Source of the DNA: Balanoglossus misakiensis
Lineage: Eukaryota > Animalia > Hemichordata
Assembly: GCA_040954595.2 (NCBI GenBank)
Contig: CM082577.2
Location: 3,429,703-3,493,702 of the forward strand
DNA: 64,000 bases
Reading direction: 5' to 3'
The notes under the pieces were generated by a model, which did no database searches, was not told the DNA's origin, and worked only from the letters and a program-made list of their open reading frames with translations. Below are positions 53,502 to 64,000 of this stretch, one piece after another; the first letter of the stretch is position 1; each line of letters starts with the position of its first letter. The position numbers and the translations under genes are program-made.

Positions 53502-56500
53502 ATGAGTACAAAATCTGTGGGCATTATTAACAACAGACATCGCAAAAACGTTGCAAGAAAATCGACGACAAAGCCTCCCGGATTCGAAGCAAAGCTAGCA
53601 CAGCAGCAGCAGAAACGACCAGCGCCTTCTTCATCAAGCACTTCATGGTCATCCAGATCGAGCAAGCGAGCCAACACTAAAGACGTCTCCAGGAAAGACC
53701 AACTTCCAGACCAAACGGATTCCGATGGCCCATTGTCATCCCCTGTCAAGAGCAAAGTCGTTAATGGAGTGGTCGCGCCGAAACCAGATCAGTCGGAGGT
53801 GACGACAACAAACGGAAAGGCCAACGGCAAAGGGAAACCCAAAGAAGATAAAACCCAGTCTGGGACATCTGGCGCGGATGGTGGGGACTCGAAAAGTCTC
53901 CATCCAACAATCCAGAAACTGCGCAGTTCCAGATCCCGAAGTCCTTCCCCGTCCACTGCCATTAGCGCAAATTCCAGGAACAGTCCTTCCAGAAACAGTG
54001 GCTCGTCGGACAACGACAGTGATGGCGCGCCACGCCGTGACGTAGCAGAGAGCAGCGTCCGGAAGTCGTCCAGGCTGTCATTTTCGACGTACAGACGCAG
54101 CAGAACGCAGGATGGAGTCCAAGAGCCAACAAAGCCACAGGAAAATGGAGAGTTGGGAGAAAACAGTCCCGGTACTTCGCAGGAGAAGCCAGAAGCAGGG
54201 GACTCTGATGTTGTGATGTTGGATGACATAAAGGTAGAAAACTCCTCAATGAGGGAAGAAGCTGCTCACAGGGATGATCAGTCCAATCTGGGCGGCATTG
54301 CTCCTGAACAGGCGAAACCCAAACGGAATCTTATCATTTGCCAAGAGAAGTTGAAATCAGTCGTGTCCAAAGCTCAACTCCATCTCTCTGCAGCCAAAGC
54401 CAAACGAAACGAGGACAGTATTAAAAGGGATAAGTTGAACGAAACTCAGGGAAGTCCTGAAATATCCAATAAACCTTTGAACCTAGTTGCCAAGAAAACG
54501 ACAGACACTGTTCCAGAGTCTGTGGAGAAAGCTGGAGGTACAGTGGAGACAAATGACGCCCCCGCTAGTCCTGTTGTTAGTGACGAAAGAGAAGTGAGTG
54601 TAATTCAGGGTGATGAGACGAGAGAGATAGAAAATGTGAATGTAGATAACCAGGATGGAGAAAGGGACTCTGAGGAGGGCAGAGTTACTTGCCAAGAAAG
54701 TAGTTTAGAGACCACAGGAACAGTGGAGAATGAAATCCAAAATGGGAGCACGTCAGACCAGGAGGGTCCTGACAAGGCCGACCAAGATGGCGGGAAGCTC
54801 CGAGGAGACACCCTGCCCACCGAAGCTGATGATGTTTCACACGAGCAGAGTGAGGCAATGGAGGCCGATGACCTCGAGGATGGTAGAAAAGAGAATGCGG
54901 AGGAGGAGATGGAGACCGAAGAAAGTCAGAAAGATAACGTTGTGCAGATTGAAGACTTGCACAGGTTAAATTGTGATGAAAAGAAAGGTAAGCTTGTAGG
55001 TTGTAGGAATATGGGTTAGGAATAGGGCTCAGATGCACTGGTAGGTGATAGATTATACAATCTGAGGTCATGATCTGAGGTCTCTGTGTCAGTAGCGTGA
55101 CATGTTGGCTGAGAGAAGGGGAGACTGATATTAAGTTATTTTAGGTTAATTACTGCAATTGTTCTGATGATTATTGTTGTTGTTGTTGTTGGTCAGATGT
55201 GGAGAGGGAAGCAGAAGATATGGAAACTTGCCCATCAATGGAAACGTCAGAAGTTTCAGTGGACAAGGCAGATGCAGGTGAGCCGGATGAGGAAGGCGAG
55301 AAACATGGCAACTCTCAAGAGACTCAGGACACTCTGGAATCAGAATCAGAGATTTCAAATTTCGTAGATCTGACTGCGAGTGTGGCAGACCAGAGCACTG
55401 AGGAGCAGGCAGGCCAGGAGAGTGGGAAGGAAGAGAGCGTGGAGGGGAATGGCCGTAAGGAAGAGGAGGTGAAATCACAGGATGCGGGTGAAGTTGGCAG
55501 TGCAGATGTGATGGAGATTGAAGCAGCGAAGGAGGGCAGCCAACTGGCCGCAGTGTCTGTAGTGGAGGATGAGATCGCAGGAGGGGAGACGACGGACACT
55601 GCAGAATCGGAGACAGCAGATGCCCCGGAGACGCCAGATAAGACTGACGCTGTGGTCGTCACCGAAGCGACGTCCGAGAAAACGGACGCTGGAATAATAT
55701 TTGAGAGTGGCGATGCAGCAGTTGCAGCTGGGAAGAATGAAGCTGAGAAGGGCGAGGGTACTGCGGAGCGCTGCGAGACGGATTCCCAGGTGAAGGATGA
55801 AGCGGCTGACGCAGCAAAGAGTGATGCTGCGGCACAGCCGAAGTCGGAGCACAAAGAGGAGGTGGAATCTAACGGTCAGAGACAGTGCAAGAGATCTGCA
55901 TCGCCTGCACCCGGTGACGAAACCAGGCATAAGAGAGCCAAAGTTGAAACAAACGCAGAAGAACAACCTGAAAACAGTAAGTTGCATCCAGATACTGCAG
56001 GTTGATGTTGGGTTTGCTTCCCTGATTCGTGCACACCTCAATCAAACATTGCAGTCTGAACGTTGCATTATAAACCACAGCTTAGTCCTTCTTTCTGTAA
56101 ACTTCATGCCTATGATACGCATTTGCATGGAAAGTTAAACCTTTGCACATGTCTTTTGCAGAACAAGATATCAAGAAAGATATTGTGCCTGATCTCAGCA
56201 AGATCAATCTAGAACTGTTCAAAAAGGTAAGATCCAATTCCCGCATTTACATCTTCAGTCGGTGTGCATTTGTTTGTCTGTTCGCCGCCCGTGTACCAGT
56301 AATTCAACGGCCACACTTTGTGCTTCTGTCCAGGGAGCATTCTTCAAATGAGCAATAAATTATTTTTGTGATATTGAGTGTGTTGACCTGAAATGCCACC
56401 AAGGGTCATCTTTTGTCATGAGTGTTGGAAAGCCATCAATCAGTGGGTACGTGAGACAGAAAAAAGTAAAGAAACATGTTCTTGTGTCATAGGAGTTAAC

Positions 56501-59500
56501 CGAGCTTGTCGCCAAGGCCTATGAAGAGAGGAGACGCGAGGACAGGGCCACAATAGCGGTGCTAAAACAGAAAGTCGCCACGTTGCAAGAGCAAAACAGG
56601 TTGTGGGAACAGAAAATCAAACAGCTGCGGCAAAGTACGACTGGAATGATGAAAGAACAAGAGCGGGCTTACATCAAGGCTATGGTTAGTGGGCCATAAT
56701 GATCATTTTGCACCAACATCAGTAGTACAGCAACATGCTTTTCACCTAGTGAACAAAAAACACCAATTGATCTGTCCTCTGTAGAGTTAAAATACTGTAA
56801 TTGTTAAAGCAGTTGGCAGCCAATGACCCAACATGCATGGCTGAGTAAGTTATAGCATTCTATACAAAAGCTCACAAATTGACATCTACCTTATGCTTGA
56901 CTAGTTTTCTAAAGTCTACAGAAAAGCTCATAAATTTACAGATACCAAATAGCCATCATATGAAGTGCAACCATTGTCAGAAGTAGGCCTGAATGCAGTG
57001 TTTAATGTGATGAGATCTGACTTTTTCTTTAGATGTCCAAGAAACCAACGCCTAAAGAAGTAACCTCAGTTGGTATTCAGGTTGAAAAAGACACACAGGA
57101 CAGAGAGACAAACACCGCTACACCACCACCACTCTCTGCAGCAAGGGCGGAGAATGTTTCGTCACAGTCGCTGGCAATTGGTGCCACTACACCAAAGGCT
57201 GCTGCACCATTTCAGCCGTCGCCAGCAGTTCCATCTGGCTCGCCGGCAGTTGCTGAGATCACCCCTTCGGTCAGCTCAGTCACTCAGCCTGGTGGTGGAA
57301 ATCAGGTTTGTAAACTCGGTTTTGTCTGCGGATATTTGGGACAAGGACAGTGTATTATGCAAATATGCATCTCAGTTTGTGTTGCAGTGCGATCCAATAT
57401 GGCTGCCAGGCGGCCATTTTGTTTTTACGTTTTTCATGTCAGGAAACATTTAAGTAAACATGCCTGAGCATATTTCATTCAAACTTGTGCAAGGACAATG
57501 CACTATGATTTACATATGTACGCCATTTCTTTGCAATACGATCCAATATGGCTGCATATTAATCAACATGTAATTTGCTGTCTTCCCAAGGTATTGCCTG
57601 GTGATTCTGCGAACCAGTCTTCCTCACTGAAGACTATGCTGGGAGCTCCACCATCAATACAGGTGTGTACAACAGTGTGTGCTGACTTTTTGTTTGTTGT
57701 AAAGTTTTAATTATCATGATTAGATACTGTTTAGATGCCATGGCACTAAATTAGCATATCTGATTTTATCGCAGCCTTCTCAGACCAGTCGAACTCCGCC
57801 TGCAGCTGCAAGCATCCCAGTTTCTGTAACTCCAGCTATTCAGCAGAGCAAACCAACCACCCCCACCACCACAACCACCAACACCCCAGATGTTCTTACA
57901 ATAACAAGTACAGGGCCCACCACCCAGTCAGCACCAAGTAGGAGTAAAGTTCCTCCTAAGCGTACAGCTTCACCTACAGCTGCCACAGGGAAGAAAACGG
58001 CGGTCATCATTGACTTGACAGAAGACGAAGAGTCGGGCAGTCCGCCTAAATCATCTGCCTCGTCAGCATCACCTCTAACAAGAAATGAGCCCACTACACT
58101 GCCACAAAAGCAAAAACCACAACAGCCGGGACTTCAGCAGTCAACTGTACCGCCGCAGCAAGGACTTCAGCAGTCAAATTTACCGCAGCAGCAACAGAGG
58201 CAGCAACCAGTCCCACAACAACAAAAACTGCCGCAGCAGGGACAGTCAAATTTACCCCAGCAGCAGCAACAACAACAGAGGCAGCAACCAGTCCCACAAC
58301 AGCAAAAACTGCCGCAGCAGGGACAGTCAAATTTACCCCAGCAGCAGCAACAACAACAGAGGCAGCAACCAGTCCCACAACAGCAAAAACTGCCGCAGCA
58401 GGGACAGTCAAATTTACCCCAGCAGCAGCAACAACAGAGGCAGCAACCAGTCCCACAACAACAAAAGCCGCCGCAGCAGGGACTTCAGCAATCAAGTCTG
58501 CCACAGCAGCAGCTGAGACAGCAACCAGTCCCGCAGCAGCAACAGAAGCAGCAGTCCGCCCCTCAGCAGCAACTACGTCAACCAGCACAGCAGGTGCTGC
58601 AGCAGCACCAGCAACGACCGCAGCTCCAACAGCAACCATTGCCAGTGCAGCAACCGCAACAGCAGCAACACCAACAACAACAGCAGCAGGCATTGCAACA
58701 AAGACGACTCCAGCAACAACGACAACAGCATGTTGCAAGAACTCTTCCTAAAGATGTCAATGTTATGCAGTTCTCATCTCCACAGACTGCTGTATCATTG
58801 CCAGGGTCCCCGCCAGCATTGATAACAGCCGCATCCATGAACCCTCCTTCGTACCAATCAGCTGTTTTGGGATCGGCAACAAATGTCACCGTTATGAACC
58901 AGGTGCAACCTAACTTAGCAAACCGAACAGTCAGTACTGTAAGTGGCACTGTACGACCCGGGGATAACGTGCTTTTCACACCCACTAGCTCTCTGGGACC
59001 GGCAACAATAGTACCCATAAATCCATCAACAGTAATGACAACCACAGTGGCACACACATTACCACCAGCAGCTTCACAAGGGCCACAGTCGGTGTTGATG
59101 ACTACCATCCCTAGGACAGGCGCACCCACTTCGGTCCCATCCACGATCACGCTGCAACAACTGGCTGCCATCAGCAAGAGCAATCCCACATCGGTGGTGC
59201 AGGTGTTTCCAGCGCATCAGGCTCTCATGTCCAGCGCTCTCCCCAGATCTGGCACGGTGGCCCATCAACTACAGGTCATTATGCATATTACTTCTGCTTA
59301 CTGGTGGTTCTCAAGTACCGTAAAACGGGAAATTTTCGCGATATCAACTGAGGCGACTATTGATTTTCATGTTCGCTTTATCTCTGAATATAAACATTCT
59401 ATTGTACACATTGTTCTTTTGCAATTATTTTCGTTTTTTTTGCTCTCGCGAAGTTTGCGTAAATTTATCGTTCACAAAAATTTCCCGTTTTACAGTATCA

Positions 59501-62306
59501 ATAGTACACGTATGGATTTCATACAGATTTGTTCCAGAATGTGATTAGCTATCCGTTCCTCCACCCTTTCTCTATGTTTATATAAATAGAATAAAATAGT
59601 ACCAGCAGTTAAATGTTATGTGTTATAAATGAGAGCCTCAGTGCCTCTGGCACTATTTTCCAAGGCATGCTTTGCAAACTGTCATTGTCTTTTACACAGC
59701 AGCAGCAAAGACAGACCGTGCCCCCTGGTATGCAAGTGACTGGATTGCCGCCAATACAGACAGCTCTTCAGACCGCCAGCTTGCCAAGTCCTCAAACTCA
59801 GCAACTTCCTCAACAGAGAGGCATTGTCCCACCGCCAAGGCTTCAAGCTCCACAGATTGTGTCCCAGTTGCAAATACAGGTATTTGGCGATTATTTGTTC
59901 CGTGGTGTGTATGTTCAAACGTTCCATTTGATCATATACTGTTACATTGGCTGTTCTCCAGTATGTGTTGCTGATGTAGTGTAATCCATGATTCACTTGT
60001 ATGTTTTGTGTGTTATCCAAAGTTGTAGATACTTGAGCTTGAATATTCTGTTGATAAGAAAAACATCTTCCTTTCTTCCCCCCCCCCCCCCCCCCCCCAC
60101 CCCCTTCTCCCTGTTCACTTTGGACTGGACCACAGGGTGCAACAGGCGTGGCACAAGGTATGAGACAAAGCATTCCAGCAACCGGCCTGCAGCAGCAGCA
60201 ACAGCAGCAGCAACGACCACCAGCTGTACCACCAGCAATGCAAGCAGCACCTCTGATGCAAACACTGGCCTCATTGCAGCAGCAGCCGGCAACTCAGCCG
60301 CAGCCACAGGCGCAAACACAAACATCCGCAAACACACTCGACAAAATTCACACCCTCAAGGTGAGTGGTCTATTTCAAGCACCCCTTGGGGGAATAAAAA
60401 ACAATTAATACTTTTAATATCCTGCATGGTAGTAGTGTAGATCGCATGCATGCATTTTTGACACAGTTCTAGTCATAGTAAAAATATCATTGGTCCACTG
60501 ACTAACAGACATTAGGTAAAGCTATGCAGTTTTCTTGTTTATCACGCCCGACCAGCACTTACCCATCTCAATCTAAATGTATGTCACTAAATTTAAACGC
60601 TCAGAACTGTGTCTAGGATTTAGAATTATTCCACCCAGTCCCCTCCCCCTCAAAAACTAAAAAATACACCCAGCAAAAGCAAAAACTGAATGCATGTTTT
60701 ATTTCTGATGTGAATTTCAGGACCACCAGCGTAGGTTGCTTGATCATAAAGCTGAATTATTATCTAAATTAAAGCACAATCCTGGCATCAGGGAGATCCA
60801 AGAACAGATTCAATCCCTCATTGTGAGTAAAAAAATAAATAAATGTCCACCTTGTATTATGAGCATCAGTGTGCCCTCTCTATAAAGCTCACATGACGCG
60901 CCACTGACTCCACAAACTCACTGGTGACTCAAGAATAGTATCCACGCTACATGCAAAGGTATAGGGCTGACTTAGAGAAATTTTTAGAAATATCTTCAAA
61001 TTGACTCAAAGCTTTTAAAAATTATGTTCGCTAGAGGGCACGCTGATGGGCATGTCTGGGTCCGTTGTCCTTGGTTACAGCGATGCGAGTTAATGATCTT
61101 CTGGGGAGCTTGCATGCTTCAAGCATTGCCATGGATATTAGCAGGGCTTTCATTTCCTGAGAACAGAGAGCTATCTACAACTACCTATGTCAGGAAATTT
61201 CCCAGACAAAAAAAAGAACTTGCTCCACGCCAAAATGTCAGTGACCACTGAACCTGTCTAAGTAATTTGCATAGCTGCTCCCCTAGGCTGATGATTAAAA
61301 GCCTCTGCACAGTCTATTCAACGTTTTGCTTGTATGTGTCTGAATTATGAGTGTGGGGAAGGAGTGGAGGTTGTTTTTGTTTATTTTATTTTACAACAAG
61401 AAGTGTTACTTCCAGCAATGGTGCTATTCAATTTATAGCTTCATATGTGGTTTCATTATTTTGTTAATATTAGTCTACCTGTAATTTGTTTGATAAATTA
61501 TGTGCCCTCTAACATAACAGTACAAGTACTGGAATCTTCTCTAAGAATTTGCAAAAACTATGTTATGCGTAAAGTCATATACAACAGCATTTACCTTCAG
61601 AATGGCAAGGTTTTGATGTATGGACAAGAGAGTTGGTCACACACCAGTGGCCCAAATAATGTGTTTTGTTGAAATATTGATTCCGTATTGATCCAGTGAA
61701 CACTGCGCGTGAACCATGACGATGGGTGTTTTTTTCAGGTTTTATTTGGCTCTTTGTCTGCTCCTCCAATTTCAGGGTCAAGAACAGAGAATACAAGGGG
61801 AAATCAGCAGTGCGGAAAGAGCACATGTACACAGGGTAGCTCAGGAGAGACTGCAACACATGCAGCAATTCCAACAGCAGCAGCAGCAACAACAACAACA
61901 GACTCAGCTGGCCGTGCAACATCCAGCTCCCCTGCCGCAGCTGCCCGGGCCGCAGAGGGCGTTGCTGCCGCACCAGTTGCGACAGATGCTGCCGGGCAAG
62001 CCCAGCCTGAAGATCTCCAAAGTGAACAACGGCATTGTGTTGTCCTGGACGATGGCCATCGACCCGCAGTGGGCGCAGATCGAGACCTATCTCCTCTATG
62101 CATACCAAGAGAGCGAGGGCCCGCCCAGCACGCTCCTCTGGAAGAAGATCGGCGACGTTCGTGCGCTGCCACTTCCCATGGCCTGCACGCTCACCCAGTT
62201 CCAACCGGGGAGTGTCTATCACTTTGCTGTGTGTGCTGTCGATATTTACCAAAGAAGCGGAGCTTTCAGTGATCCGGCCCATATCGATCTAGCAAGCACC
62301 AGGTAG
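53502..62306 (+). CDS. ATF7IP: ATF7IP/MCAF1/Windei (SETDB1 cofactor), about 1809 aa; join(53502..54987,55197..56000,56162..56226,56493..56684,57033..57305,57591..57662,57775..59274,59700..59879,60136..60360,60721..60822,61776..62306)
   Basis: All introns are GT-AG and phase-compatible (1,1, then all 0). C-terminal fibronectin-III domain LPGKPSLKISKVNNGIVLSW...YLLYAYQE...WKKIGDVRALPLPMACTLTQFQPGSVYHFAVCAVDIYQRSGAFSDP is diagnostic of ATF7IP. Also present: a central coiled coil (56493-56684) at the SETDB1-binding position, a SUMO-interacting motif VIIDLTEDEE, a long acidic N-terminal region and an N-terminal ARKST motif. Confidence 0.93.
58171..58500 (+). repeat. Coding minisatellite, 81-bp (27-aa) Gln-rich unit within ATF7IP
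   Basis: Units start CAGTCAAATTTACC at 58171, 58243, 58324 and 58405 and encode QSNLPQQQQQQQRQQPVPQQQKLPQQG. Confidence 0.95.
59316..59497. mobile_element. MITE copy 3 (same TIR family), in an ATF7IP intron
   Basis: TACCGTAAAACGGGAAATTTT versus AAAATTTCCCGTTTTACAGTA is a 20/21 inverted match with TA at both ends. Confidence 0.8.
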
Positions 62307-64000
62307 TAGGCTGGCTCATTCCATTTCCACTCAGGGTAATATTGCTGGCCTGTCGCCAGTCCCCCGAACTTTATTGTAATTTTGTAAATGAAAGTGGACC
62401 AAAATTGAAGCCATTATCTCCCACAATAACAGTATATTTTCATGATGTAACAAAGAGCTTTTTTAAGAAAGCTTGCGTGGGTGTGTGATTTTCCCCCACA
62501 CACTGTCTGAAGAGTGTGAAGTCTCTGACAACCACGCACTATATATTCAGGGTATGTGCTGAATTTCCAGACTCAAAGTCTTGTTGGTCTTTTTCCAGGC
62601 CAAATCAACCAGACACATTAATTGCATGAAGTGAAGTGTCCTCTTTATTTCTTCTGCTGTAACCATAATATGACAAAAACACTCTTTTCTCTGGCAACCA
62701 GTTCTTATCGAGGAGAGGCAATGTTTCATGTGATTGGTCTTATCGAGTTTTTACACAAGCGTAGAGTGCAGTCTGTTAAGGGCCAGTAAATACTAGTACA
62801 TGGGAAAATAGGGTGACTGCTATTAGGTACATGAACATAAACCCTGAATGATGTCATTGTTTCTAACAAGCTACTACTGCCCCTGTGTATTTCATTTGCC
62901 ATGTACATACAGTTCTTTTTTTTTCCATAGATCAGACATTTTCAAGTTCTTTTAAAACAAAAACACACTCTGTCGCAAGGCTGTTTAAGTTGATGTAGCA
63001 CTTTATTAGGTCAGCCCAAGAGAGAGAAGTCGGATGAACTACATTAATGCGTAATTCTGGTGCCATTCAGTGAAAAAAGAAGTAATTAAGTTGAAAGAAA
63101 ACAATTCTGTAAGACAGCACACCATGCAGATTGTTGTTGCCAAGGTACTTTCCGGAATATTTTTCTTTCATAATGTCTATATTTGCATTCTCCTAATGCC
63201 ACTCTGTAAATCAATTTTTTTTATCAAGTGATCGTTCAGACAGTGGGCGTTTTGGCTCACAACTGTCGTACTCTGTCTATGAGGACACTCATGTGTGTCG
63301 TGTACTTTATTTTTCTACAGAGAATTAGCCTATGAAAGGTGCACAGAAAATGCAATGAATTAGGAGCACTTTATCATGGAACTGAAGTAGATTAACAAAT
63401 ATAATATAACAGGTTGTTTTCTCTATATAAATTCTGTACATTCTATTTTTAGTTCAGTTCATGCGAAGGCGATTAAGACATGTAACTCACGAGTTTTAGA
63501 ATTCTGGTAGTATTTGACTGTACTGGGTGTGGGTGTCCTTTGTGGTTTTGTAACTGGGTCTGCTAAATCGAGCTTCTTGTGTTGTTTGTTGGAGGTCCGT
63601 GGATTTTTCGGAAGGTCCTCGAGGAATTAAAAGTCCCCTCAGTGTTCCATATGGTGATAACTTTTAAGTTTTACAGTGTGCGCTGGTGTCATCCATCATT
63701 GACTCTGATTAATTCAATCAGAAGGTTGTTTGGGAGAAGTTGGAATCTGTTTAAGTTCAAATTTTGCTTCCAGGGAAAGAATCTCTGTTTTCCAACAAAC
63801 CGTGTTCAACCAGTTGTTTTATTTATATCAGTGTAAATTTCGGAGCCCTCCCAAGAGTTGTGGGCATTGATTGTGTGAATTGTACAATGATGCTTAACCC
63901 TGACCTTGGTTTTTCAGTTTGAGAGGGGCGGAGGGCAGGAATGGGGAAGACAAACGCTGCACAGACCATTGTACAGTGGTACATGTAATTAGCCTTGAGT

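Noticed and set aside
57385-57560. Repeated GATCCAATATGGCTGC motif in an ATF7IP intron
   Set aside because: Probably a decayed repeat fragment; no termini or TSD could be defined.
53273-62282. Long antisense and alternative-frame ORFs over ATF7IP exons (e.g. 58094-58738, 55324-55854, 61575-62282)
   Set aside because: Shadow ORFs of low-complexity, GC-rich coding sequence with no recognisable motifs.

Overview
Eukaryotic (animal) genomic DNA with spliceosomal introns, AT-rich. Gene content and repeats suggest an invertebrate deuterostome (hemichordate/echinoderm-like), but the taxon cannot be fixed from sequence alone. Five protein-coding loci were assembled by hand from splice signals: (1) an EF-hand rhomboid protease (RHBDL1/RHBDL3/Rhomboid-4 type, + strand), with a 24-nt micro-exon at 2137-2160 and seven exons at 11625-14127; (2) an intronless histone H2A (- strand) without a stem-loop; (3) a divergently transcribed histone H2B variant with introns and a poly(A) signal, resembling H2B.K/cleavage-stage H2B; (4) an espin-like ankyrin-repeat gene (+, 21644 to at least 30749, one GC-AG intron, 3' end unresolved); (5) an ATF7IP/MCAF1/Windei orthologue (+, 53502-62306, 11 coding exons, about 1809 aa). 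Non-coding features include a spacer-less palindrome of about 2 x 255 bp, a non-autonomous TIR transposon with a 5-bp TSD, three copies of a TA-flanked MITE, a fold-back element and microsatellites. The most interesting signals are the apparently replication-independent H2A/H2B variant pair, the distant-branch-point micro-exon, the H3K9-mimic ARKST in ATF7IP and the large palindrome. No prokaryotic-type system or CRISPR array is present. All homology calls are from recall, not database searches.
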